Shown here one piece after another: positions 17,232-29,260 of a stretch of 64,000 nt of DNA. The notes beneath the pieces were generated by a model. That model was not told where the DNA came from. It did no database searches and saw only the letters and a program-made list of their open reading frames with translations. Position 1 is the first letter of the stretch. Every line of letters begins with the position of its first letter. Source of the stretch: Planctomycetota bacterium (GTDB lineage: Bacteria; Planctomycetota; UBA1135; GCA-002686595); contig JABACD010000007.1 of NCBI GenBank assembly GCA_014237855.1, forward strand, positions 65,399 through 129,398, read 5' to 3'. The translations under genes and the position numbers were made by a program.

Positions 17232-17993
17232 GTGACCGGAGTTCAATCAAGACCGAAGGGCCGGGGAAGGGTTGACTTGCGAAGGGGCCTGCTCGACCCT
17301 TGGGGCTCCTGTCGCCCGCCTGGCGACAACTCCAGCCCCGAGATCACCTTGCAAACCTCGCGACTCTACCTCCCCTTGATCCTCCTCGGCGCCTTCGGGT
17401 CCCACGCCCAGGCTCAGTACCGCGACAGTCCCTTCAGCTACAACTACCTGGACATCAACTGGGCCACGACCGAGATCTCCGACCAGGCCTCGCAGGTTGG
17501 CCGGCTCGACGGCTTTGGAGGCAGGCTGTCCTTTGATTCCCCCGAAGGCGTCAGGATCATCCTCGCTTACGATGAGACGGAGACCAATGCCACGCTAGGT
17601 ACAGAGAACTTCAGCCTGCTTCGACAGGACCTGGAGGCCGGAGTGGGCTTCATCACCTCACCTGCCGACACCACCGACCTGGTGCTCGATATCAAGTACC
17701 TCCGAGGAGAGTGGCGGCGACCAGTCTGGGACTCCAGCCTGGGGCTCAACGGTGGCTACAAGAGTCGCAACCGCACACAGAATGGTTATGGGATCGAGTT
17801 CGGCATCCGCTCGCTCTTTACCGACTACCTGGAGTTCGACGTCTCGGCCGAGTACAGGGAGTTCTACAGCTCCGAGATAGGTGGGCACGGTGCCCTGGTC
17901 CTGATGTTCACCGAGAACTTCGGAATCCAATCTCGCTACACCTGGTTCCAGTCTCAGCAACTCCTCACAGCCGGACTGCGGCTCGCCATGTAG
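17232..17993 (+). CDS. Putative outer-membrane beta-barrel protein (start uncertain, possibly TTG near 17349)
   Basis: Signal-like LILLGAFGSHAQAQ is followed by alternating amphipathic strands rich in Y/G/F (GYGIEFGIRSLF, FDVSAEYREFY). Confidence 0.55.
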   Translation: MTGVQSRPKGRGRVDLRRGLLDPWGSCRPPGDNSSPEITLQTSRLYLPLILLGAFGSHAQAQYRDSPFSYNYLDINWATTEISDQASQVGRLDGFGGRLSFDSPEGVRIILAYDETETNATLGTENFSLLRQDLEAGVGFITSPADTTDLVLDIKYLRGEWRRPVWDSSLGLNGGYKSRNRTQNGYGIEFGIRSLFTDYLEFDVSAEYREFYSSEIGGHGALVLMFTENFGIQSRYTWFQSQQLLTAGLRLAM

Positions 17994-18016
17994 CCAGCGC
18001 TTCTGCTTCGCAATGA

Positions 18017-18052
18017 ACGACGGCCCGGTACCAGCAGGTACCGGGCCGTCGT
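18017..18052. terminator. Perfect 16-bp hairpin between convergent genes (bidirectional terminator candidate)
   Basis: ACGACGGCCCGGTACC-AGCA-GGTACCGGGCCGTCGT. No clear U tract on either strand. Confidence 0.6.
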
Positions 18053-18087
18053 CTTGCACTCACCGAGCGCTTGAAACAAGCGCAGTC

Positions 18088-19554
<1,467 letters not shown>

Positions 19555-19639
19555 GTCTCTGTGGCCGTGGGGCCGTATCGCTTGAAGAAAGTGGTTGGTT
19601 GGAATCTGAGTACTTATCAGGCGTGTTCGAGCTGGAAAG

Positions 19640-20638
19640 CTAACGGGGAACACGCCCACGAATGATGTAGAGAGGAAGGCCCTCCTCCCGCTCCGCCCGC
19701 TCCGCCTGCCCGGGCTGGTAGCGATCTGCTGCAATCTCCAGGGCGACCTCGACGAATCCTGCACTCTCGAGGCTCTGAGCGACCAGTTGCGGGTCGAGGC
19801 CCAGGTGGCGGTCCCCGAGAGCCTCGTGCATCCACTCCTGGCGATGGGGGCTGAGCTCCAGTAGCACTGCCGTACCACCGGGCCGGATGATCCGGAACAT
19901 CTCTGCCAGGCAGGCGTCAGGGGACTCGAGGTGGTGCAAGACCATCGCGCAGACCGCTCCGTCGACCTCGCCGTCGGAGAGGGGCAGGCTGTCGAGCTCT
20001 CCAGGCCGGTACTCGATGCGCGTGCCGACAGGAGTCTCATCCAGCCGCTTGCGCGCCTCCTCGAGCATTCCGGTCGAGGAGTCGACACAGATCACTCGCG
20101 AGCAGAGCCCGAGGAAGGCCTGAGCCACATAGCCGGTGCCACAACCAAGGTCGGCAACGGTCAGCTGAGGATCGACGAAGTTGGCTGCCACCCGCTGACG
20201 AGCCTGACCCGTGGCAAAGTCGACGCCAATGGCGTTCCACTCTCCGGCCACCGAATCGAAGAAGTTCCGGGTGTTCTGTCGCCGTTCCTCCAGCACGCCA
20301 CGCAAACGGGCGAGGTCATCGCCATGCTCACGCTGCCTCCTCACCTCGGGGGCCAGAGTCGCCCAGAGCTCTCCCAGGAACCCTCCGCCGGCCTCGAGAC
20401 CAGCGGCATCGAAGTACAGGAAGGTGCTGGGGCCGACATGGCGCTCGGTGAGCAGGGCATACTCCCGAATCACCCGCAGGTGATTGCTGACACGACTCTG
20501 CGAGAGCCCCAGCGACCGGCAGAGTTCGCCGACAGACAGCTCATGGCCGCCCAGGAGACCCAGGATTCGCAGGCGGGTGGGATCTCCCAGGGCCTTGAGC
20601 AGGCTGGCCAGGGAGGGGGAGTCGGGGGGGCTCTTCAA
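19640..20638 (-). CDS. ArsR-family wHTH fused to a SAM-methyltransferase-like domain (SahR-like regulator); start uncertain
   Basis: The HTH region is [16 protein letters not shown]...[23 protein letters not shown]. The MTase motif I is [10 protein letters not shown]. No in-frame ATG lies near the N-terminus, so GTG or TTG at 20638/20635 or the TTG at 20710 are possible starts. Confidence 0.7.
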   Translation of the reverse strand: MKSPPDSPSLASLLKALGDPTRLRILGLLGGHELSVGELCRSLGLSQSRVSNHLRVIREYALLTERHVGPSTFLYFDAAGLEAGGGFLGELWATLAPEVRRQREHGDDLARLRGVLEERRQNTRNFFDSVAGEWNAIGVDFATGQARQRVAANFVDPQLTVADLGCGTGYVAQAFLGLCSRVICVDSSTGMLEEARKRLDETPVGTRIEYRPGELDSLPLSDGEVDGAVCAMVLHHLESPDACLAEMFRIIRPGGTAVLLELSPHRQEWMHEALGDRHLGLDPQLVAQSLESAGFVEVALEIAADRYQPGQAERAEREEGLPLYIIRGRVPR

Positions 20639-20650
20639 CACTCCATCATG

Positions 20651-20660
20651 ATCAGCTGAT
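20651..20660. promoter_or_regulatory. Perfect 10-bp palindrome ATCAGCTGAT in an AT-rich patch at the 5-prime end of the regulator gene (candidate operator)
   Basis: Seen directly. It lies within TTATATCAGCTGATCATGA on the minus strand. Confidence 0.3.
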
Positions 20661-20773
20661 ATAAGGCGTAAGCAACCCCGGAAGCGTATTTTTCTCCAGT
20701 TTCCGCCCAAATATGAAGAGGCGGCGCTGGCCCAGGCCCGGCGCCGCCTTGCTCTTGGAGATCAGCTGCGGTC

Positions 20774-22954
20774 TCAGTCCACCGGGACCGGCTCGACAGA
20801 GAGCACTTCAACCTCGATCAGGCCCCCGGGAAGCTCGATGGACTGGCTGGCTCCAGGCGAGAGACCGAGCAGGCCCTGGGCGAGAGGGGCGCGGTAGGAC
20901 ACCACGTCATCTCCCCGATCTCCGTCCCAGGGACCGAGCAGGACGATGCTGTTGTCGGTCTTCTCGCCCTTGTCGTGGTAGGAGACGCGGGTGCCGGGGC
21001 AAACGATGTTCTCGGGCAGGATTGCATTCTCCAGCAGCTGAGCACGGCTGAGTTCTTCCTCCATGGTGGAGGCCCGTGTGGAGAGATTGCGCTTCTCCTC
21101 CAGGGCGGCCTCCCACTCGGAGTTCTCCGAGAGGTCGCCGAGGGCTGCGGCCCTGCCGATGGCCTCCTCGTTGGCGGGCATCTTCACATCCTTGAGCTCC
21201 TTCAACTCGCGCGAGATTCGATCCTTGCCACTACGCGTGGTCCAGATCGAGTCGTCCTGCCAGAAGTAGACCGGGCCGGAGTTGGCCAGATCGTCCTCGG
21301 CGTGAATTCCAATGGCGATCAGCAGGTTGTCGATGGACTCTTCCACACCCCTGGCAGTCAGGCGCTGAATACTCCGCACCTCGGAGGCCTTGGAATCATG
21401 CAGCAGTCGTCTCAGCGCCGGAGAGGTGCCGCCTGCCAGGAACTCGACGAGCCGGGTGTGTGTTCGACCGTAAACGGGATCGACTCTCCGGTTCTCAAAG
21501 AGGTGCGCAGCCAGGTTGGCATAGGCCTGGGCCCGAGCAAAGGGCGGCGGTAGCTCACCGCCGAGCTTGTCGCTCTCTGCGAGCTTGGCCAGGGCCAGGA
21601 GCAGGTGCGGGGCACGGTTCGTCCTGGTCAGGAGACGTCGATAGGTATCGCCCAGATCATCAGCACGCTTGGCTGTGGCCAGGCGCTCGACTAGACCACG
21701 GACCATGCCAGGCGGAACGTACTCGAGGTTCTTGACAGCCTCATCCACCCAGGCCTCGTCAAGCACCTCGATCAAGAGGCCCAGGCACTGCTCCTGGTCG
21801 TGGGGAGTAGGCATCGTCTGAAACAGCCACCACAGGGGCGGCACGTGAGACGCATCACCTTCGGGGCTCTCACTCGCCAGGGCAGCATCCACCAGCTCGC
21901 GCAGCTCGGCGGGGGTCTCACCCTGCTTCTCACGCAGGAGGATCCAGGCGGAGAGGCGCCACTCGTAGGGATTGGCCTCGTCAGCGGCCTGCGAGGTCAG
22001 TGCTGCGTAGGTGATCTCCGCCAGCTCGGGGTCCAGGTTCTCGTCGCTCAGGAGTCCGCGGGCCTTGGAGACGATGTTCTCGAGTGTGCCGGCGTGAATC
22101 AGCTGCCGCTCGAGCTGCTCCTTGGGGTCGGCTGCTGTGAGGAGCAGGTGCACCTCGATCTTCTTGCCACTACCGGTCAAACGGAACCACTCGCTGTTCT
22201 CGGCGAGGGGCTTGGTCTTCCTCCACCACGCACTGAAGGCGCTGCCTTCAATCCCTATCTGAGCCAGGGCGTTCTTGATACCAATCGAGGTTGCACGACC
22301 GTGGTAGCGAGTCAGCACCGCCCTGAGCGCGTCGAGAGGATCCTTCTTGACCTCCTTCTTGAGACCCTCGGGGTCACGGAAGGAGCGTGCTCGGAGATCC
22401 GACTCCTCCAGCACGTCAAAGATTTCAAGAGCAGCGCTCAGAGGGAAGTGATCCGTGCGGCCATTCTGGAAGCGAACCATCACGGTCATGCCGTCATCTT
22501 CCTGGTCAAAGATCTCTCCCGTTCCCCAACCAGCAGGGTGGAAGATCAGGACCCCGACCTTGAACTTCTGGAGCTTGACGAAGGAGCTCCAGGCCTTACG
22601 AATACGGCTGGGGTCACTCAGCTCGGTCAGCTCCAGGGCTCGGTCCCACCAGGGCTCGCTACCCCAGGCAGCCGTCGCGAACTTCATCAAGGGCTCGGCC
22701 AGTTCACTCGTCGGCGCACCGGCCTGGATGGCAGTGCCGAGCAAGTTGGCGGCATCCGCACTTCGCTCGGTGACCTCGAGGATCTCCACATGCTGCTTCA
22801 CGAGTGGCACACAGCGGCTGATGCGATTCTTCTCACCAGCACGACGAAGCGCCACGAAGAGCTCATCGAGCGAGTCCTCGGTCGCCATCAATTCGGACCA
22901 GGAATCATCGAAGTCCTGCCATTTGTCCTGGGTGACATAGATCGGAAGGCTCAT
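20774..22954 (-). CDS. GreA/GreB-type transcript cleavage factor domain with a ~570-aa N-terminal extension
   Basis: The C-terminal ~150 aa read ...GDLSENSEWEAALEEKRNL...(coiled coil)...GTRVSYHDKGEKT...VSYRAPLAQGLLG..., matching GreA. The N-terminus is unknown except for a CarD-like FKVG...G.G motif. ATG at 22954 chosen. Confidence 0.7.
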   Translation of the reverse strand: MSLPIYVTQDKWQDFDDSWSELMATEDSLDELFVALRRAGEKNRISRCVPLVKQHVEILEVTERSADAANLLGTAIQAGAPTSELAEPLMKFATAAWGSEPWWDRALELTELSDPSRIRKAWSSFVKLQKFKVGVLIFHPAGWGTGEIFDQEDDGMTVMVRFQNGRTDHFPLSAALEIFDVLEESDLRARSFRDPEGLKKEVKKDPLDALRAVLTRYHGRATSIGIKNALAQIGIEGSAFSAWWRKTKPLAENSEWFRLTGSGKKIEVHLLLTAADPKEQLERQLIHAGTLENIVSKARGLLSDENLDPELAEITYAALTSQAADEANPYEWRLSAWILLREKQGETPAELRELVDAALASESPEGDASHVPPLWWLFQTMPTPHDQEQCLGLLIEVLDEAWVDEAVKNLEYVPPGMVRGLVERLATAKRADDLGDTYRRLLTRTNRAPHLLLALAKLAESDKLGGELPPPFARAQAYANLAAHLFENRRVDPVYGRTHTRLVEFLAGGTSPALRRLLHDSKASEVRSIQRLTARGVEESIDNLLIAIGIHAEDDLANSGPVYFWQDDSIWTTRSGKDRISRELKELKDVKMPANEEAIGRAAALGDLSENSEWEAALEEKRNLSTRASTMEEELSRAQLLENAILPENIVCPGTRVSYHDKGEKTDNSIVLLGPWDGDRGDDVVSYRAPLAQGLLGLSPGASQSIELPGGLIEVEVLSVEPVPVD

Positions 22955-23155
22955 GGGCGTCGCGGGCGTCGGGAGTCTTGGGAGTCGAGGTCTCGCCACT
23001 CAGGTGAATTCTGAACGGCGAGAAATTCCGGTCACGGATTCGCCCTCGGCAGAGAAGGTCTCCGCACGAGGGCGCTACTCATAGATTGACCGATTCCCGG
23101 CCGGAGTTCCAGGTCAGGCCTCCAGCCTTTTTCCACGACACCGGGCCGGGGCTCC

Positions 23156-24331
23156 CTAATCGACCGCCAGGAGCAGCCCCTTCAGGTACCGCGAGCGGGG
23201 AAAGTCCGGACGTTGGGGGTGATCGGGCGCTGCTCCGAGCACCTCGAGCACCCGGATCTCCCGGCCTGCCCTGCGGGCCGCTCGGAAGACTGTCCCGACG
23301 AAATCAGCCAGTTCCACGGCTCCGGAGCACGAGAAGGTGGCCAGAAGCCCACCTCTACCCACACAACCCAGCGCGAGGGCGTTCAGGTCCAGGTACTTCG
23401 CCAGCCCATCCTCGAGCATGCGCTTGCCCCGCACGATCTTGTGGGGGTCGAGCACCACCACCTGGGAGCTCCGGCGGGCCGCGACCTCGTCCCGCATGAC
23501 ATGGAAGGCATCGGCATGGATGAATTCCACCGGGAGCTGGTTCGCTGCCGCAGATGCCTCGGCGCGCTCCAGGACCACCTCGTCAAGATCCACAGCGCGC
23601 ACCCGGCGAGCGCCAGCCCGCGCTGCATGCAGGGCAAACCCACCGATGTTGCAGCACAAGTCCAGCACATTCGCGCCCTTGCAGAAGCCGGCCACCTTGG
23701 CGCGATTGTCGCGCTGATCACAGAAGAACCCGGTCTTGTGCCCCTGGCCTGGAAGCAACCGGAATCGCAACCCATCCTCCTGAATCTCGATCTCACCCAC
23801 ATCAAGCACTTCCTCGGCTGGATCGAAGCCTTCTGCCTTGCGAACGGACAGCGGAACCCGATGGACGAAGGTCGACCCCGGATAGAGCTCTCCCAAGGCC
23901 CAGCTGATCTCGTCCTGAAGCTCGTAGAACCCCAGGGAATGGTACTCACAGACAAGTACATCACCGAAGCGATCCACGATCAGCCCGGGCAGGTCATCGC
24001 CTTCCGCATGCACCACCCGGTAGGCATCCGTTCTCTCAGGAAGCCGCAGGAGCTTCTTGCGGAGGCGATCCGCTGACGCCAGTCGGCGCAGCAGGAACTG
24101 ACGGGGTTGATCGAGATCGCTCTTCTTGCCGCGCGAAAGGACTCGCAAGCGGATGTCCGACCCCGGGTTGTAGAGGCCGTGGCCCACGAATCTCCCCGAA
24201 CGGTCGATGATCTCCACCAGCGACCCAGGCTCCACCTCATCGCGGGGCTCGAGGACCTGACGGCCATAGATCCAGGGGCCACGAGAGATATCGTCGGATT
24301 CTAGTTCGATCTGGTGACGGGTGGCCTTCAT
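23156..24331 (-). CDS. RlmI-like class I SAM-dependent rRNA (m5C) methyltransferase
   Basis: A PUA-like N-terminus, ...GHKTGFFCDQRDNR..., and VLDLCCNIGGFALHAA (motif I) fit the family. Start at MKAT (24331) or MPSMKAT (24340). Confidence 0.75.
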   Translation of the reverse strand: MKATRHQIELESDDISRGPWIYGRQVLEPRDEVEPGSLVEIIDRSGRFVGHGLYNPGSDIRLRVLSRGKKSDLDQPRQFLLRRLASADRLRKKLLRLPERTDAYRVVHAEGDDLPGLIVDRFGDVLVCEYHSLGFYELQDEISWALGELYPGSTFVHRVPLSVRKAEGFDPAEEVLDVGEIEIQEDGLRFRLLPGQGHKTGFFCDQRDNRAKVAGFCKGANVLDLCCNIGGFALHAARAGARRVRAVDLDEVVLERAEASAAANQLPVEFIHADAFHVMRDEVAARRSSQVVVLDPHKIVRGKRMLEDGLAKYLDLNALALGCVGRGGLLATFSCSGAVELADFVGTVFRAARRAGREIRVLEVLGAAPDHPQRPDFPRSRYLKGLLLAVD

Positions 24332-24514
24332 GGAGGGCATGGGGCGTTGGCTGGGGAAGCTGGGGAAGCTGGGGCACTGTTCGTGAGGAGCTTCTTTGTA
24401 GTCTACTGGTCCCGGGCACGGTTCCTGCTCACCGTGCAGCACTTTGCGCGTAGTCCCAGACCGGCTCCCCGACGGTCACCACCTCAAACCGCCTCGCCGG
24501 CCTGTCCGCACCGC

Positions 24515-26491
24515 ATGATCCTCCTCCTTGCCCAAGCCGTCGCTCTCCAGGGAGCCACCGTCCACACGATGATCCCAGGCGAAGAGCCCCGGATCGCCAC
24601 CGTCATCTCCGAGGAGGGTCGCTTCCTCGCCATCGGTGAGGAGCTGGAGGTCCCCGAAGGCGCCCAGGTCGTGGATGCCAGCGGGCTCCACCTGGTCCCT
24701 GGACTCATCGACGGCATGGTCCATCACGACATGGACCACGATCCACTCTACGTCCTCAACGGGGTGACCCTCTGCCGCGACATGGGCAATGACCTGGAGA
24801 CCATCCTGATTGCGGCCCTGCCGAACATCCGCAACCGCATGCCCGGGCCCGACCTCCTCGTGGCGGGGGCCATCTTCGATGGAGTGCCACCAGCAACCAC
24901 CGAAGCAATCATCGTCCGCACTCCCGAGGAGGTTCAGGAGAAGCTTCCGCGCCTGATCGAGCGAGGTATCCAGTTCGCCTCCTATCACCAGGGAATTCCC
25001 CCCGCTGCATGGCGGGCATTGATCACAGCGGCTCACGACGAGGGTATTCAGGTCTGGGGGCCCATCCCCAATGGCGTGGATCCTGATACGGCACGAGACG
25101 CGGGCCTCGACGGGATCGCGTACCTGGAAGGCTTCCGCCAGGCCGGCGCTGAGTGGGACACGGAACTGGCTCACGAACAGGTGCTGGCCTTCGCCACCAG
25201 CGGGGTGGCCAACATGCCTCTGCTCCATGTCTATGCCTACCGCACGGTTGATCAGGGCGACGACCCTCCCATCTTCAATTACCTGGCACCCTCCTACGCA
25301 GACTGGTGGCGGGGGGACCTGGAGGGTCGCCGGGCCAAGTTTGACGAGGAGTACCTCGCCGATGGTGCCCGGCGCTACCAGCAACTCGAGAGCCTCGTCC
25401 TGGACCTGTGGAAGAGCGGCGCTGCCCTGGTTCCCGGCTCCGCAGCTCCCAACCCCTGGATGGCTCCGGGCTCGGGATTGCTAGATGAGCTGGACACCTG
25501 GGTTGAAGCCGGGATACCGGCAGACGAGGTCCTGCGCATGGCCACCTCCGGGGCGGCGCTGGCCTGTGGTGTCGAGGCGGACTTCGGCACGATTGCAGCG
25601 GGAAAGGTGGCCAACGCTGTCTTGCTGGCCCATGACCCTCGCGAGGATCTCGCCACCTTCCGATCTCCCCGCGGGATCCTGCTGCGTGGAAACTGGCTCG
25701 ACGAGACCTACCTGGAGGACCTCAGGGGAGCCATGCGAGATGCACAGCTCGAGGCCACCCTGGAAGCGGAGAAGCCCCTGGAGGTCATCAAGCCGCAGCT
25801 ACCCGAGGGACGTGTCGTCCTCGAGGGACGCGTCGAGGGCCTGGCGTTCGACCGGGTGGTGGCTGCGGAGGAGTACTGGGTCGTTCGCTGCTTCGACGGA
25901 TCGACGGCCTGGGTCGGGAGGATGTCCCTGCCAGGTGGAGTGGGTAGCGCATCGACCACCACCACCATCAGCCAGCGCTTCGTTGATGAGAAGCTGAGTG
26001 AATTCCAGCTGGAGATCTTCAATGGGGGCATCAGCTACAGGGTCGAAGGCCTCCAGACTGGCGGACAGTTTCGACTGAAGCGCTGGCTCAATGATCAGTA
26101 TGTCGATACGAACTCGACCCCCCGGCGCCCCAATCTGGTCGATGCTGGCATGTCCCTGCCTGCGATGATTCTCTCGCACTACATCGCCGACGGCGAGACC
26201 ACGGCGCTCTACTTCGAGGGCATGGATCCGATCATCGTGGACTGGGAGCTCAAGCGAAACGAGAAGGATGTCCTCGCTGTCAGGACTGGCAAGGGACCGA
26301 TGGTCGCCACCTTTGAGGAGAATGGTGCCCTGGCCAAGCTGGTGAGGTCCCAGGGCAAGGCCACCGTTCGATACGAGTCGGCTCGTGAGACCTCCTTCGG
26401 AGGCCCCGGCATGCCCCCGATGAACACCCGCCCCGGGCGAGCAGAGACCGCCAGGGAGTCGGAGCAGCCGGCTCCAGAGGACGGCCAGTGA
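24515..26491 (+). CDS. Amidohydrolase-family protein with an extra ~230-aa C-terminal domain
   Basis: VPGLIDGMVHHD... and ...GTIAAGKVANAVLLAHDP.. match the metal-dependent amidohydrolase pattern, although the first metal motif reads HH rather than HxH. ATG at 24515. Confidence 0.65.
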   Translation: MILLLAQAVALQGATVHTMIPGEEPRIATVISEEGRFLAIGEELEVPEGAQVVDASGLHLVPGLIDGMVHHDMDHDPLYVLNGVTLCRDMGNDLETILIAALPNIRNRMPGPDLLVAGAIFDGVPPATTEAIIVRTPEEVQEKLPRLIERGIQFASYHQGIPPAAWRALITAAHDEGIQVWGPIPNGVDPDTARDAGLDGIAYLEGFRQAGAEWDTELAHEQVLAFATSGVANMPLLHVYAYRTVDQGDDPPIFNYLAPSYADWWRGDLEGRRAKFDEEYLADGARRYQQLESLVLDLWKSGAALVPGSAAPNPWMAPGSGLLDELDTWVEAGIPADEVLRMATSGAALACGVEADFGTIAAGKVANAVLLAHDPREDLATFRSPRGILLRGNWLDETYLEDLRGAMRDAQLEATLEAEKPLEVIKPQLPEGRVVLEGRVEGLAFDRVVAAEEYWVVRCFDGSTAWVGRMSLPGGVGSASTTTTISQRFVDEKLSEFQLEIFNGGISYRVEGLQTGGQFRLKRWLNDQYVDTNSTPRRPNLVDAGMSLPAMILSHYIADGETTALYFEGMDPIIVDWELKRNEKDVLAVRTGKGPMVATFEENGALAKLVRSQGKATVRYESARETSFGGPGMPPMNTRPGRAETARESEQPAPEDGQ

Positions 26492-26732
26492 TCGCAGAAA
26501 CGGGATGTCCCAGGTGAGACCGGGCTCTCTGCCCAACTAATTCGCCCCATCACGCCCAAGCTCCGCGTTTGAGTCCCAGACAGGGACCAGAATTCGGTGG
26601 ACGGAGAGAACCCATCGGTGGCGGGTCCACGCGAAGCCAGAGGGTCTTCGCTGTCCTCTATTGCGGCGACCCGCCAACTTGGTGGGTCGCCACCTTGCCA
26701 GCCAGGGGAGTTCGGCGGAGAATCTGCGCCCG

Positions 26733-27983
26733 ATGACCACGGACAACCCCCAACGAGACGGCGCAGCTGTCCACCTCACGCCCGCTGGAAGACCTGTGGG
26801 CGACAGCTGCAACCGCGAGGTGCCCCCGGCACGAGCGGGGGAGTTCTCTCCGCTCGCGATCGGCCCCCTGCGTGTCTGGCCTCCCGTGGTGCTGGCCCCG
26901 ATGGCCGGTGTGACCAACCTGGCCTTCCGCAAGATGTGCAAGGACTACGGCGCCGGGGTCTGCACCTCCGAGATGCTCACGGCCCGTGGCTACAGGATGG
27001 GAAACGAGATGACCCATCTCCTGGCGGCGGGGGGAGAGGGTGAGTTTCCGCGGTCCGTGCAGGTCTATGGATCGGACCCACTCGACGTCGGAGAAATGGT
27101 GAAGGCCCTGGTCGATGATGGCGTGGATCATGTCGACATGAACTTCGGCTGCCCCGTGCCCAAGGTCACCCGTCATGGCGGTGGCAGCGCCATTCCTGTC
27201 AAGCCACGCTTGCTCGCCCGGCTGGTTCGAGCCGCCGTGCACTCTGCCAGTGATGTGCCGGTGACGATCAAGGTCCGTAAGGGCATTGATGAATCCCTGA
27301 TCACCTACCCGGACGCCGGCGAGGTTGCCCAGGAGGAGGGCGCGGCTGCGATCTCTCTTCACGGCCGGACTGCAGCCGAACTCTACAGCGGCCAGGCTGA
27401 CTGGAGCGCCATCGCCGACCTCAAGACTCGGGTCTCCATTCCGGTCCTGGGCAACGGAGACATCTGGGAGGCCTGGGATGCCCTCAGGATGATGCGAACC
27501 ACCGGCTGCGATGGCGTCGTGATCGGCCGCGGGTGCCTGGGGCGGCCCTGGCTCTTCTCCGAGCTGGCCGCCGTCTTCGACGGCTGCGAACCGGAGCCCC
27601 CCCCGGTCTTCGGCCGCATCGTGGAGATCATGGATCAACATGCGCAGGCATTGATCGAGCTCTTCGGCCCGGTCCGAGGCGTGCATCAGATGCGAAAGTG
27701 GTGTGCCTGGTACACCAAGGGCTTTCGAGGCTCGGCCGCCATTCGCGGTCGCCTGGCACGGATGAGCAGCCTCGAGGAGATGCGCTGCACCCTCTCGGAG
27801 GTCGATCCACAGACTCCCTTTCCCCTGCACGTGCTCCGCGTCAATCGAGCCAAGCGCGGCGGCACCCAGCGGGTGCGTCTGCCGGAGGGATACCTCGACG
27901 ACCTGCTCGATGATACGCCGCCCAAGAGCCCTCACAGCCCTGCGGAGCTCGAGGCGTGGGAGCGCGCCCTCTCGGGGGGATGA
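26733..27983 (+). CDS. tRNA-dihydrouridine synthase
   Basis: VVLAPMAGVTNLAFR..., DMNFGCPVPKV and ...ISLHGRTAAELY fit the Dus family. Confidence 0.9.
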   Translation: MTTDNPQRDGAAVHLTPAGRPVGDSCNREVPPARAGEFSPLAIGPLRVWPPVVLAPMAGVTNLAFRKMCKDYGAGVCTSEMLTARGYRMGNEMTHLLAAGGEGEFPRSVQVYGSDPLDVGEMVKALVDDGVDHVDMNFGCPVPKVTRHGGGSAIPVKPRLLARLVRAAVHSASDVPVTIKVRKGIDESLITYPDAGEVAQEEGAAAISLHGRTAAELYSGQADWSAIADLKTRVSIPVLGNGDIWEAWDALRMMRTTGCDGVVIGRGCLGRPWLFSELAAVFDGCEPEPPPVFGRIVEIMDQHAQALIELFGPVRGVHQMRKWCAWYTKGFRGSAAIRGRLARMSSLEEMRCTLSEVDPQTPFPLHVLRVNRAKRGGTQRVRLPEGYLDDLLDDTPPKSPHSPAELEAWERALSGG

Positions 27984-29260
27984 GAGACTCAAAAGAGGCA
28001 CTGGTCATCGTGGGAGCTGGAGCGGCAGGTCTGTGGGCAGCCCTGCAGTGCGCGCGCGCGGGGGCCAGGGTATTGCTCCTCGAGAAGACCGTGCGCTGTG
28101 GCACCAAGATCCTCGCCAGCGGGGGAACACGCTGCAACCTCACCACGACCCTCGATGCAGAGGAGTCGGGCAGGCTGTTTGGGACTGCTGCCGAGCGCTT
28201 CCTGAGACCTTCCCTGAGGAACCTCCCACCCAGGAAGGTGGTTTCAACCTTCGAGGAGCTGGGCGTGCCGTGCGAGGCAGCAGCACTGGAGAAGATCTTT
28301 CCCCGAAGCCAGCGTGCGCGTGACGTTCGAGATGCTCTCGAGAAAGCCGTTCGAGCGGCCGGCGTCGAGATTCGTTGTGAGCAGGAAGTCCTCTCGATCC
28401 GACCACTCCCCGACGGTCGCTACCAGCTGGACATTGCCGGCCAGACCGCCCTCGAGTGCCAGACCCTGCTGCTCTGCCCCGGAGGTCGTAGCTATCCATC
28501 CACCGGGACGACAGGTGATGGCTACACCTGGCTCGCCGGTCTGGAACTCGAGATCATCGAGCCCGTTCCCGCCCTCGTCCCCCTGGCCAGCTCCCAGGAC
28601 TGGGTCCGTGAACTCACCGGCATCGCCGTGCAGGAGGCTGAGGTGCGCCTTCTGGATAGCGCAGGCAAGGAACTCATGAGGCGCCGACGGCCCATTCTCT
28701 TCACCCACAAGGGCCTCTCTGGACCGGCGGCCATGGATGTCTCGGGGATCGTTGCGGCCACCCAGGCCAAGGCGCGCTTCACCGACGAGACCCCTCGCTT
28801 CGTGCTCTCAATCGACCTGTGCCCTGAGACGACCCGCGAGGAACTCCGCGAGCTGCTGGTGAAGGCAGCCGGGGCCTCGGGGACACCACGCCTGTCTCGA
28901 GCGCTGGAGAATCGCTTTCCTCGCCGCCTGGTGGACGCTGTCTGCACTCAGGCCGGGAGTCAGCCCAACCCCCCGATGACCAGTATCCGTAGGGCCCAAC
29001 GCCATGAGCTCATCGAGGCGCTGAAGGGTTTAAGGGTCGAGGTGGATGGCACCCTGGGCTTTCATCTCGCCGAGGTGACGCGGGGCGGCCTGGCCTTGCG
29101 AGAAGTCAACCCGCGGAGCATGGAGATCAATCGTCATCCGGGTCTCTACGCCTTCGGCGAGCTCCTCGACATCGATGGACCTATCGGGGGCCTGAACTTC
29201 CAAGCTGCCTTCGCCACCGCAGACCTGGCCGCTCGCCACGCCAGCTCGAGACAAGCATGA
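27980..29260 (+). CDS. HI0933/BaiN-like NAD(P)/FAD-dependent oxidoreductase
   Basis: VIVGAGAAGLWAA...GARVLLLEK...KILASGGTRCN...TGTTGDGY. The ATG overlaps the dus stop (ATGA). Confidence 0.8.
   Translation: MRDSKEALVIVGAGAAGLWAALQCARAGARVLLLEKTVRCGTKILASGGTRCNLTTTLDAEESGRLFGTAAERFLRPSLRNLPPRKVVSTFEELGVPCEAAALEKIFPRSQRARDVRDALEKAVRAAGVEIRCEQEVLSIRPLPDGRYQLDIAGQTALECQTLLLCPGGRSYPSTGTTGDGYTWLAGLELEIIEPVPALVPLASSQDWVRELTGIAVQEAEVRLLDSAGKELMRRRRPILFTHKGLSGPAAMDVSGIVAATQAKARFTDETPRFVLSIDLCPETTREELRELLVKAAGASGTPRLSRALENRFPRRLVDAVCTQAGSQPNPPMTSIRRAQRHELIEALKGLRVEVDGTLGFHLAEVTRGGLALREVNPRSMEINRHPGLYAFGELLDIDGPIGGLNFQAAFATADLAARHASSRQA

Noticed and set aside
19555-19656. SAH riboswitch in the 85-nt leader of ahcY.
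   Set aside because: The leader is too short. I could not find the conserved SAH-riboswitch pseudoknot segments. The only strong structure is a simple 9-bp hairpin overlapping the upstream stop codon. Protein-based (SahR-like) control is the better explanation.
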